Source: Candidatus Heimdallarchaeum endolithica (GTDB taxonomy: Archaea; Asgardarchaeota; Heimdallarchaeia; Heimdallarchaeales; Heimdallarchaeaceae). Taken from it: a stretch of DNA of 64,000 nucleotides. Numbering within the stretch: position 1 is the first letter of the stretch; every line of letters starts with the position of its first letter. Shown here piece after piece: positions 41,778 to 50,367 of the stretch. Below the pieces are notes generated by a model. That model ran no database searches and had not been told where the DNA came from. It was given only the letters and a program-made list of their open reading frames with translations. Location of the stretch: contig CP084167.1 in the NCBI GenBank assembly GCA_021513715.1, forward strand, positions 1,056,001 through 1,120,000. Reading direction: 5' to 3'. Made by a program: the position numbers and the translations under genes.

Positions 41778-43865
41778 TTAAGCTATTACCTCTAATCCTT
41801 CTTCAGTTAAATAATTAATTACTTTTTCTCTGAAATTATTGTAATCTATATTCAGCTCATTTATATCTTTACCTTGATCTACTTTATCACAGAAATCTTT
41901 GAAATAAAACCCCCAAATTTCGAAAGGTGCAGATTTTTTGAAAGTATTGTAAATATTATGAAATGTCTGTAAAAACTCTTTTTCTGTTGCATTAAGGTCG
42001 TTAAAGAATCCACCAAAAAATTCATGGTTTAGCCTGTCAATACACTCTTCAAATTCATTGCCCTCTACCTTAAGACAGTTTGGTAAATTATGCACACTAT
42101 CGATAACATCTTTTATTTCTTTAAAGAACTCCGCACCTTTAATCTTAGAACCTAATCTCTTGAATTCTTCATAAATTTTGATTAAAGATTTAACAAATAA
42201 CCAACAAATTTCCAATATAAAGGGGTTTACTATTCCAATGAACACCATATTTGACTTAATATTTGGTGAATAATTTTGTGTCAAAGATTCTGAAATATAA
42301 TTATTGCCTAAACCCAAACCATATTTCTGATATAATTTTTGTTTATTTTTGTTTCCATCGTCAAGTAGTTCATAAAACTGTTTAGCTAATTTTTGTTCTG
42401 CAGTAGATGGTGCAATAATCAATCTTTTTGAATAGTTTTGTGATATAAACTCAAATTTTTCTTTAATTTTTTTCTTCACTTCTTTGCTTTTAGTATCAGA
42501 AAATTTAATCCAAATTACATCCGCAAATGTTTGTTTTGAAAGAGCAATATCCATCCATTGTAATAAATTTGTATTTTTCATATCTTTAGAATAAAAAACT
42601 GCTGGTACAATGATATAATTCCCTTTTAGAGGTCCATAATCCTTATATGTTTTTTCATCAAGCTCGTTCGGTCTCCTAAATATGTCAGTCGAGCTTATTT
42701 TAATATAATCGTTGGCCACTCGTCCTTCAAGAATATCGTTGACATCAAACATCCCAATATTCATTATTGGAGCGAGAACTAACTTTGTTATTGCTTCATT
42801 TATTTGAAAAAGTATATTATCTTCGCACTGAAAAGGATATAATATGTCATAGTTGAATGGAATAATTGTTTCTTTGATTTTTTTGTTTGTTACAAAGTAA
42901 TTCATTAAAGTCAAGGGATGTCCTATTTCACAAAACAAAACTCTTTGAAGACCAATTAAACATGAGACTTCGTCCACATAAGCGCCTTCTCCGAGAATTG
43001 AGAAAGCAATAGCTTTCTGTGGGCTCGCTTCTTTATAATGTTGTATTATTTTTAGTGATTCAAAAAATTTTTTACCTTTATTATTATAGTTTTTGTCATA
43101 TTTTAAAATAAATGGGTCATGGAGATAAGTAATTAATTTTCCTGTTAAACCAGAACCAGTTCCTCTTCCTAGTCCGTGAATATAAAAGAATATCGTTGCT
43201 TTTTTTTGTATGTCTGTTGTTTCGTCTCCATGCGAATATCTAAATAAATCAGGTGGCCAAAGACGATTAGAAATATCTTGCTCAAAAAGTTCTGTTTCGC
43301 TATAATTTTCAGGATTGAAAAAGTCTTCTGCAACTTTACGACCACCATACCAAAATCCTCCTGCACCCAATCTGTCTACAACTGTTGGATCTATACTAAT
43401 TCCTACAAAATTATACAAAAATTCTTCTTTAATTCTAGTTTTATTTAATAAATCACTTTGCTTTCTAATTCTTCGTGGAAAATCTTCTGTTGGAGGTTCT
43501 GTTTTAACATTCTGTCGCCACCAATTATACGCGTAGACCAAATATTTATTTTCTAAACGATTACTGTTTTCTGCATCATGAACAGCCCCTTCCAAGGAAG
43601 TATTTATAAACCAAGCACCAATAACCTTTGAATTCTTTTGAAATTCAATCTGGTAATTTGATCTAAGTTTAGCTTCATGATTTAGATAAGTTACCAATAC
43701 ATTGCATCCACAATCACCTACACCAAAAAGCATAGTTGCAGAATTTATATTTGTTTTATGTATTATCCAAGAATTTTTAATTCCATTTTCATTATTACTA
43801 TTTTTTTTGAAAATTTTTTTAGTTATCTTTTTAATTGCATCTAGATATGTTTTAAGTTTAACCAT
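41778..43865 (-). CDS. Divergent tubulin/FtsZ superfamily GTPase
   Basis: T1 FGVGDCGCNV, T2 FINTS, T3 GAGGFWYGG, T4 signature HGLGRGTGSG and T7-like FDVNDI, in the correct order. Confidence 0.85.
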   Translation of the reverse strand: MVKLKTYLDAIKKITKKIFKKNSNNENGIKNSWIIHKTNINSATMLFGVGDCGCNVLVTYLNHEAKLRSNYQIEFQKNSKVIGAWFINTSLEGAVHDAENSNRLENKYLVYAYNWWRQNVKTEPPTEDFPRRIRKQSDLLNKTRIKEEFLYNFVGISIDPTVVDRLGAGGFWYGGRKVAEDFFNPENYSETELFEQDISNRLWPPDLFRYSHGDETTDIQKKATIFFYIHGLGRGTGSGLTGKLITYLHDPFILKYDKNYNNKGKKFFESLKIIQHYKEASPQKAIAFSILGEGAYVDEVSCLIGLQRVLFCEIGHPLTLMNYFVTNKKIKETIIPFNYDILYPFQCEDNILFQINEAITKLVLAPIMNIGMFDVNDILEGRVANDYIKISSTDIFRRPNELDEKTYKDYGPLKGNYIIVPAVFYSKDMKNTNLLQWMDIALSKQTFADVIWIKFSDTKSKEVKKKIKEKFEFISQNYSKRLIIAPSTAEQKLAKQFYELLDDGNKNKQKLYQKYGLGLGNNYISESLTQNYSPNIKSNMVFIGIVNPFILEICWLFVKSLIKIYEEFKRLGSKIKGAEFFKEIKDVIDSVHNLPNCLKVEGNEFEECIDRLNHEFFGGFFNDLNATEKEFLQTFHNIYNTFKKSAPFEIWGFYFKDFCDKVDQGKDINELNIDYNNFREKVINYLTEEGLEVIA

Positions 43866-43872
43866 GTTTGTT

Positions 43873-45894
43873 TTACCTCCATATTAAGCGACTACTTCTA
43901 TTCGGTTTTTCCATTTCTTCAATAACAGTCTCCAAAAACTTGTTAATATTCTGATAATTTCCAATCGCAGAAACTGGATCCTTTAGCATAAGCAATTCTT
44001 GATTTACATTGTTAAGATATTTCTTTAAGAAACCAATAAAAATATAATTCAAGCTTCCTTTGTTTCTATCAATAAATTCCTCTATTTTATTTCGTAAATC
44101 AAGATATTTTTGTTTTTCTTGTGATAAACTAGTACTATAATCAGAATCGGTAATCTGAATTGAAATAAGCAAATCTTTTAAAATTGTTTGAATGTTCTGA
44201 GATAAGTCTTTTTTAGATGAAAAGTTTTCATTTGCATTAGCCAATTTAGAAATCGTTTGATCAACAATTTTTTCTAAATTCGATCCAGTACTACTTTTTC
44301 GTTCTTTACTTATTTCCTCAGATATTTTTGTTAGATATTTATCAAATTGTTCTTCTTGGGCTTTTAAGCTACGTAATAACTCAGTTTTTTCAGCTATAAA
44401 CAATTTATAATTAGACTTAATAATATATAAAACAACAGCGATAATTAAAGTATCACTAAATTCATGTTCATGCTTGTATTTATTTGCAAAAATATTACTA
44501 AAAACTGATAAAAATGAATCTTCCTTTTTAACTGGTAAAAAATTAAAAAACATATCTAAATAGTCTTGAAATTCCGTTCTTAACGCTTCATAGGATTCAA
44601 TTTGATATTTATCTAATTGAGATTCAAAATTTTCCAATATTCCTTCAACTAGAGCGATAATATCATAGAGTATATTTTTTTCATATTCAATACTCTTTAT
44701 TGCTTCTAATGCTTTAGTTTCATTCTGTGATATTATTTTTCGAATACCAATTTGTGATAATTGATTGAAATCAACTGCTTTTTTGATATCTTCACCAAAA
44801 CAGTTCTGAATAGTTTTGCAAAGTTTTTCAATATTTTCAAGCTCACTCTGGTTTATCTCAAATTCAAATAAGTGTCCAATTGCTTTTTCTGGTGTGAAAT
44901 ATGTTAACTCCTGAAATGATTCTAAAATATCCTCACTGATAATTATTTTTTCTTTCAGAAACCTATTTTTAATTGAAGAAAGATTTTTTTCTAAAATTTC
45001 AATTCGTTTTCCTAATGAGCTAGTCTCTAGTTTCTCATCTATAACCATATCTTTAACGATGTCAGAAAGTAATTTAGAGTAGTTTATCAATAACTCAAGA
45101 AAGGAGATAATTAACTTTTGAGAACAAAAAATAAAAGGATAAAAATCACCTGTATTACTTTTGTCCGCTATTGAACGTAATTTATCATGATCATCCAAAA
45201 TGTAACTTGAACCGTTGCTAATTTCTCGAAAGGTCGCAATAATACTAGATAGATATCTAGAGATATCTTTCATTACATTATGTATTTTATTCATTTCTCT
45301 ATTTATTTCTTTTAAGTTTTTTGAACTAACAATTTCTTGATATTCACTATCTGATGAAATATCAGAACGAGAAATTTCCTCTTGATCTTCATCATACTCA
45401 TCGGATTCATCCCTAACAGTTTCACTAGTGAGTCTAAAAGAATCAGAAACCATAGTATCGGATACTGAGGTAGCATCATCAGAAGTATTATGACCTACTA
45501 AAATATTCGTTATTTCTGTTTTTAGTGTTTGAAGGAAATTTATATCTTGTTTCTTTTGCTCTTCGATTTTTAAAATTAGCTTTTCTGACAACTCAAATAA
45601 TTTTTCACAAAGTTTCTTAGGATTTTTTGCCATTTTTTCATCCTTTAAATTCAGTTTATCATCAATATTATTCTTAAGTAATTCAATAATTCTCATTGAA
45701 GCATCAGATATGGTATTTCCATATAAGTGTTCAATGAAACTATCTTCAACTGAAATATTGTCTAAGTTATAATCACTAATTAATCTTGAAAACAAACGTT
45801 TTAAAAGCTCTAGATCCTGCTTTTTTGTTAAGAGAAACTTGTACCCAAAAATTGTTAATTTCAATTTTTCTTTATTATATTTGACAATTTTCAT
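43873..45894 (-). CDS. Long alpha-helical/coiled-coil protein
   Basis: 673 aa, E/K/L/I-rich heptads with an acidic linker; GGAGG RBS links it to the tubulin-like gene. Confidence 0.8.
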   Translation of the reverse strand: MKIVKYNKEKLKLTIFGYKFLLTKKQDLELLKRLFSRLISDYNLDNISVEDSFIEHLYGNTISDASMRIIELLKNNIDDKLNLKDEKMAKNPKKLCEKLFELSEKLILKIEEQKKQDINFLQTLKTEITNILVGHNTSDDATSVSDTMVSDSFRLTSETVRDESDEYDEDQEEISRSDISSDSEYQEIVSSKNLKEINREMNKIHNVMKDISRYLSSIIATFREISNGSSYILDDHDKLRSIADKSNTGDFYPFIFCSQKLIISFLELLINYSKLLSDIVKDMVIDEKLETSSLGKRIEILEKNLSSIKNRFLKEKIIISEDILESFQELTYFTPEKAIGHLFEFEINQSELENIEKLCKTIQNCFGEDIKKAVDFNQLSQIGIRKIISQNETKALEAIKSIEYEKNILYDIIALVEGILENFESQLDKYQIESYEALRTEFQDYLDMFFNFLPVKKEDSFLSVFSNIFANKYKHEHEFSDTLIIAVVLYIIKSNYKLFIAEKTELLRSLKAQEEQFDKYLTKISEEISKERKSSTGSNLEKIVDQTISKLANANENFSSKKDLSQNIQTILKDLLISIQITDSDYSTSLSQEKQKYLDLRNKIEEFIDRNKGSLNYIFIGFLKKYLNNVNQELLMLKDPVSAIGNYQNINKFLETVIEEMEKPNRSSRLIWR

Positions 45895-46523
45895 TAAATC
45901 ACATCCAATATTTTTTTGAGGTTTTTATCAAATTTAGATAAATATCTAGAAACTTTTTTTAATTCTTCTTTCAGTTCTTTGTTTTTCTTATTCAGTTCTT
46001 TGTTTTTCTCACTCAGTTCTTCGTTTATCTTATTCAGCTCTTCGTTTTTCTTATTCAGTTTCTTTATCTTATTCAGCTCTTCATTTTTCTCACTCAGTTC
46101 TTCGTTTATCTTATTCAGCTCTTCGTTTTTCTCAGTCAGTTCTTCGCTTATCTTATTCAGTTCTTTGTTTTTCTCACTCAGTTCTTCGTTTATCTTATTC
46201 AGCTCTTCGTTTTTCTCACTCAGTTCTTTGATCATTTTTACTTTTTTATACTTTAACTCATTTACCTGTTGAGATAACTCAGAACGCGCAGACTCTGACC
46301 CATTTTCTTCTTGAGTTAACTCAGAACGCGCAGACTCTGACCCATTTTCTTCTTGAGTTAACTCAGAACGCGCAGACTCTAACTCACTTTCTTCTTGAGT
46401 TAACTCAGAATTCGCAGACTCTAACTCACTTTCTTCTTGAGTTAACTCAGAATTCGCAGACTCTAACTCACTTTCTTCTCGAGATAATTCAGAATTATTG
46501 TTGGAAATTTTATTCACCACCAA
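45894..46523 (-). CDS. Coiled-coil protein built from 14-aa tandem repeats
   Basis: ELTQEESELESANS-type and ELSEKNEELNKINE-type repeats; TAATG stop/start coupling to the next gene. Confidence 0.75.
   Translation of the reverse strand: MVVNKISNNNSELSREESELESANSELTQEESELESANSELTQEESELESARSELTQEENGSESARSELTQEENGSESARSELSQQVNELKYKKVKMIKELSEKNEELNKINEELSEKNKELNKISEELTEKNEELNKINEELSEKNEELNKIKKLNKKNEELNKINEELSEKNKELNKKNKELKEELKKVSRYLSKFDKNLKKILDVI
45960..46230 (-). repeat. 21/42-bp intragenic tandem repeat array
   Basis: Recurring CTCAGTTCTTCGTTTATCTTA / TTCAGCTCTTCGTTTTTCTCA units on the + strand. Confidence 0.9.
46270..46496 (-). repeat. 42-bp intragenic tandem repeat, about 5.3 copies
   Basis: TAACTCAGAACGCGCAGACTCTGACCCATTTTCTTCTTGAGT-like units at 46275, 46317, 46359, 46401 and 46443, partial copy at 46485. 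Confidence 0.95.
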
Positions 46524-46812
46524 TATAAATCAGTTTAGTATAAATACTCATAATCTAGTAATTAATCTTTCTACTTTATCTTTGTACTAATTGTTCCTCG
46601 ATTGAGAAATAATGCATTAATTAAAAAACCACAAATAACTTTTAAATTTTATGGGATTTTGATCTAGTTTGCTTTCATACAGAATTTGGTTATAAACAAG
46701 TAAATAAGTGAAAAATAAACGAGTAAAATCTGGGCTTTATAACCTTTTCCTATTTTAGTATTTGTCTTAGTGCTTTTGAATACCTAATAACTTTTGATAT
46801 TTTTTAAATTTT

Positions 46813-47091
46813 TTAGGAACCAAGCCGCTTATGGTCGCCACTAACAGAGGAAAAATTGTTTGGGTCTTTACGTCTTTTTGGTATCCAATGGTGAGTTGTT
46901 CAATATAGAACTAGTTTTAAATTAAACAATTCATTGCCACATTTGGGATTCCGCTGGTCCAACCAACCCGTCTGTCTTTTTTCATTCTCTTTCAGAGCTA
47001 TTTATAGTTCTTAACATCTCTCAAGTTTTCTTACCATCTTTAAGCTATTAGTACATTCTTCTTCTCCACCAGTTTCTCAGACTTTCTCTAT
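46813..47091 (-). pseudogene. Possible decayed HNH endonuclease
   Basis: A single frame reads IEKV*ETG...QTGWLDQRNPKCGNELFNLKLVLY*, resembling KVWEKG...GWEIDHI.P..GG.D.L.NL..L.W; two TGA stops fall where Trp is expected. Confidence 0.35.
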
Positions 47092-47188
47092 TTATTCCTT
47101 TTCACACGGAAAGTAGTTCAACTATATATTATCAATAAATTGTATCAGAAATATTTATAAATTTTAATTGGTAGTATTTTTGATTGGT

Positions 47189-47884
47189 ATGAGCAGAAAA
47201 ACAGTCAGGCTAGATGCTAGGAAGCAACAAGAAAATGCAATAAGAGCACTTAAATTACAACTTAAAAGTTACAATAAGCTATTAGATCGCAGAGAAGAAT
47301 TCAATAAAACGTTTAAAGGGTTAGGAATTAAAAGGATTAAAAGTTCAACAGACTTTGATGACCCAAAAAGAGTTAGTATTAGAGAACTTACTGCAAAATT
47401 AAAAACAAATAATAAAAGAGGGCAACTTGAGTTAATAAAAAAAATCCAAGAAAAGTACAATGAAATTGATAAAGGGGAGAGTTATTCTGATACTTTTTCT
47501 GAAGAGGAAAAACAGATATTACAAGATGCTTTAATAGATGCAGCAGACAATTTCATTGAAAGGTTTAAACCTGGTTTAGAAATTGAAGGATTTATTATAG
47601 AGGAAAGAAAGGTATTAGATTCATTTAAAAAGAACTGGATAATAAAAGCTTCAAAAGATGATCAAATATTAACAACATATATAACAATTTTAGATGATGG
47701 CTCGATTTGGATAAGACAAGAAGAAAATTATGAACAGAATGTTTGCAAGGGTTTTGTTAAAAGAATCTACGATATTTGGCAAGATGAAGTTTTTGATGCA
47801 ACGCTTTTAGCTATTGAACAGTTAGCAGAGGAAGAAGAAACTGAAAGTGAAGAAGTAAGTCAAGTAGAATATGAACTTTCATAA
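47189..47884 (+). CDS. Hypothetical protein: helical N-terminus plus DUF2997-like C-terminal domain
   Basis: YITILDDGSIWIRQEENYEQNVCKGFVKRI resembles the DUF2997 I.I..DG.V.......G..C pattern; acidic tail. Confidence 0.6.
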   Translation: MSRKTVRLDARKQQENAIRALKLQLKSYNKLLDRREEFNKTFKGLGIKRIKSSTDFDDPKRVSIRELTAKLKTNNKRGQLELIKKIQEKYNEIDKGESYSDTFSEEEKQILQDALIDAADNFIERFKPGLEIEGFIIEERKVLDSFKKNWIIKASKDDQILTTYITILDDGSIWIRQEENYEQNVCKGFVKRIYDIWQDEVFDATLLAIEQLAEEEETESEEVSQVEYELS

Positions 47885-47945
47885 GAATTAATTTAATTAG
47901 GGGATCAACATAATAAGCTATTATCATTCTTTTTTTGGTGAAACT

Positions 47946-48425
47946 ATTGATTTTAATATAAATCTTCTCATAAGTGAATACTTAAATCTGCATAGTCTTT
48001 TTTCCAAATCCCAAGATAGCCATAAAAAAAGTAAAGAAATAAGTAATAACGAAATCAACAATCTATATTACCAGTTGATTGATTCCTTAAGATGTAATAT
48101 TATAAGAGAGCTCTCATCGTTTTCTAGCAATACAATCGAATTGTTTGGAAAACGCCAGATATGGCTCTTTTTGGGAGAAAAAGCCAGCTACATTGGTTTT
48201 CTTTCTCCTAATTGTGACTTTTCATTGACTTCCAATTACTCACATAGTAAAATAATACAGTCAGAAGATTTAGTTAGTAAGATCAATAATTCATTAATCA
48301 CTACTGTAGAAAAAACAATCGAAGAATTTGTAAATGAAAAATGTTCTATTTTGGATGAACAAATAATTTTTGAACTAATAAAAATTATAAGATTAAAACA
48401 ATCATTTAGAAGAATATTTTGTTAG
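47946..48425 (+). CDS. Hypothetical protein
   Basis: Track ORF 48075-48425 stays open upstream to an ATT at 47946 preceded by GGTGA. Confidence 0.55.
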   Translation: MDFNINLLISEYLNLHSLFSKSQDSHKKSKEISNNEINNLYYQLIDSLRCNIIRELSSFSSNTIELFGKRQIWLFLGEKASYIGFLSPNCDFSLTSNYSHSKIIQSEDLVSKINNSLITTVEKTIEEFVNEKCSILDEQIIFELIKIIRLKQSFRRIFC

Positions 48426-49409
48426 TTGATAATAATGATTATTGCTAGTGGGCCTTTTCAAGAATTGGATGAAATGAGAATACAATGTAATATATGTCCC
48501 CACAACTGTGTACTTAAAAATGGAGAAACAGGTTTATGTAAAGAAAAAATAAACATTGAAAATTCGTTATATACGTTAAATTTTCGAGAGATTACAATAG
48601 CTGAACCTAGACCTATAGAACAAACACCTTTTTTTGAGTTTTATCAAGAAACAACAGCTCTCAATTTAGGTGGATATTCATGTAATTTTTGGTGCCCTTT
48701 TTGTTTAAATTATGAAATCAGCTACAACACTTCTTCTGATTTACGTAGCAAAACTTTTTCTAATAACGATATTTTGAAACTTGTTAAAGAAACAAATAGT
48801 AAGGGAGTTGTTTTTACTTTTAACGAACCGGCAATTATGCATGAAACAGTAATAGATATTTTTTCGTTTATAAAAAGAGTTGATTCATCTATTTACACAG
48901 CAATTCACTCAAATGGTTTTATGAGTAAAAAAGTAATTGATTTAATTATAAAATATACTGATGGATTTGTTTTTGACATTAAAGGAGATGATAGTTTTTA
49001 TCTACAAATGAGCGCAACATTTGACAGTATATGGAACAATATTAGAAAGATTAACAACAAAAAAAGACATTTAGAACTTGTAATTCCATTGTTTACAGAA
49101 TTTATGAACGATAACACAATAACAAAGATAATGAATAAATTAATTAATGACAATATAAACTGCCCAATCATAATCTTAAAAGGAAGACCAATAACAAAAT
49201 ACAATAACTTTACCCAAGTTAGTCAAAAAAAGGCAGAGGATATCGTAAAGTTATTTAAAGAAAATGGTTTTCATGAAAGTTATCTAATGGGATTTCCTGG
49301 TTCTAAATATGAATCTTCTTATTGTAAAAAATGTGGAAAAATCACTTTATACAGGTACGATGCTGTACCTATGTTCAGAGAAGATATTGATTATTGCAAA
49401 TGTAAATGA
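48426..49409 (+). CDS. Radical SAM enzyme, AmmeMemoRadiSam RS-like
   Basis: N-terminal CNICPHNC...GLC, radical SAM motif CNFWCPFC, TFNEP, C-terminal CKKCG. Confidence 0.9.
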   Translation: MIIMIIASGPFQELDEMRIQCNICPHNCVLKNGETGLCKEKINIENSLYTLNFREITIAEPRPIEQTPFFEFYQETTALNLGGYSCNFWCPFCLNYEISYNTSSDLRSKTFSNNDILKLVKETNSKGVVFTFNEPAIMHETVIDIFSFIKRVDSSIYTAIHSNGFMSKKVIDLIIKYTDGFVFDIKGDDSFYLQMSATFDSIWNNIRKINNKKRHLELVIPLFTEFMNDNTITKIMNKLINDNINCPIIILKGRPITKYNNFTQVSQKKAEDIVKLFKENGFHESYLMGFPGSKYESSYCKKCGKITLYRYDAVPMFREDIDYCKCK

Positions 49410-50107
49410 TTTTTTATGTTTAAAAGATAATTTTTTGATAACAAATGAGCAATAAATAAAGGTTTTGGCAATTTGTGTTCTGGTTCTAATAACTCAATAA
49501 CCAAATTTAATGCAGAACTTACAGAAATTTTATTTCCTGGAGAAACAAATATAGGCCTCCATTTTTTTTCTGGAGGGTAGGAGATTCTATTACCTACAAC
49601 TTTTCCTTTTATCATAACATCGTCAATAATTAATTCTTTCTTTATTCTACTATTACTATATTCAAACATTTTCATAGGATTTTTTGCTACTCCAATTACT
49701 GGTTTATCTATTAAATATCCCAAAACAGTTGCTGACCCTGCATTTAGTGGGTGAGCTATTCCGTGCCCATCCACAACTATTAAATCTGGTTGATTTTCCA
49801 GCAAATCTAATATTTCTAAAAAAGCTGGTACTTCTCTTAAAAAGAGATATCCTGAAACATATTCAAATGTTGGAGTAGTTTCCAGTACTTTTTTTTCTAC
49901 TATTTTCTTTGTCTTTATTTCATATACAACTGCTGCAGTAAAAGCTTTTTCTTCTTTATAGGCTACATCTAACCCTGATATTAAATTTAGTTTTTCAAAT
50001 TCATCATCTATTCTTATCTCTCTTGCTACTTGAATTTGAAGAGCTTTAGCTTCTTTTAAACTATTAGGAAAAAAAATTTGCATAAAAAAGAAAAAAATAT
50101 TCATCAA
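49391..50107 (-). CDS. nfi: Endonuclease V
   Basis: GLDVAY, YVSGYLFLRE, VVDGHGIAHP, IGVAK, FVSPG; likely start at 50083. Confidence 0.93.
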   Translation of the reverse strand: MMNIFFFFMQIFFPNSLKEAKALQIQVAREIRIDDEFEKLNLISGLDVAYKEEKAFTAAVVYEIKTKKIVEKKVLETTPTFEYVSGYLFLREVPAFLEILDLLENQPDLIVVDGHGIAHPLNAGSATVLGYLIDKPVIGVAKNPMKMFEYSNSRIKKELIIDDVMIKGKVVGNRISYPPEKKWRPIFVSPGNKISVSSALNLVIELLEPEHKLPKPLFIAHLLSKNYLLNIKNHLHLQ

Positions 50108-50326
50108 TAAATATATTGTTCTTTTAGATAAAACTCAGCTTTCAAGAAAACATTCTCAACTATGTATGTATTTTAAAACAAATTCTATAAAGATAAAAAA
50201 TTACCATTAGAAGAGCCCACTCAGACCTTTTCCAACATTTATATATGTTTTATAAACACCTAATATATATTACAAGTTATTATTGTATGTTAAAAAATAT
50301 TATTTAACCAAAATTCAAATGAATAG

Positions 50327-50336
50327 GTTTATAAAC
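50327..50336 (+). promoter_or_regulatory. Candidate TATA box upstream of the 50368-59489 operon
   Basis: GTTTATAAAC about 30 bp before the GGTGA-ATG; a similar TTTATAAAC lies at 50249-50257. Confidence 0.35.
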
Positions 50337-50367
50337 ATCTTAACAAACATTTTTTTTCGGTGATTTT

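Noticed and set aside
41778-43865. Annotating as ftsZ, cetZ or true tubulin
   Set aside because: Length, insertions and the GRGTGSG signature fit none of these cleanly, so no gene symbol was given.
45916-46272. 118-aa Phe/Ser-rich ORF
   Set aside because: Antisense shadow of the Glu/Lys coiled-coil repeat gene.
46815-46975. GC-richer intergenic tract as a tRNA or rRNA fragment
   Set aside because: No cloverleaf or T-loop GTTCRA motif and no rRNA similarity recognised; a decayed coding frame explains it better.
21832-49409. Calling the island a provirus, transposon or aloposon
   Set aside because: No integrase, transposase, capsid, terminase, tRNA or flanking direct repeat was found by eye; mobility is unproven.
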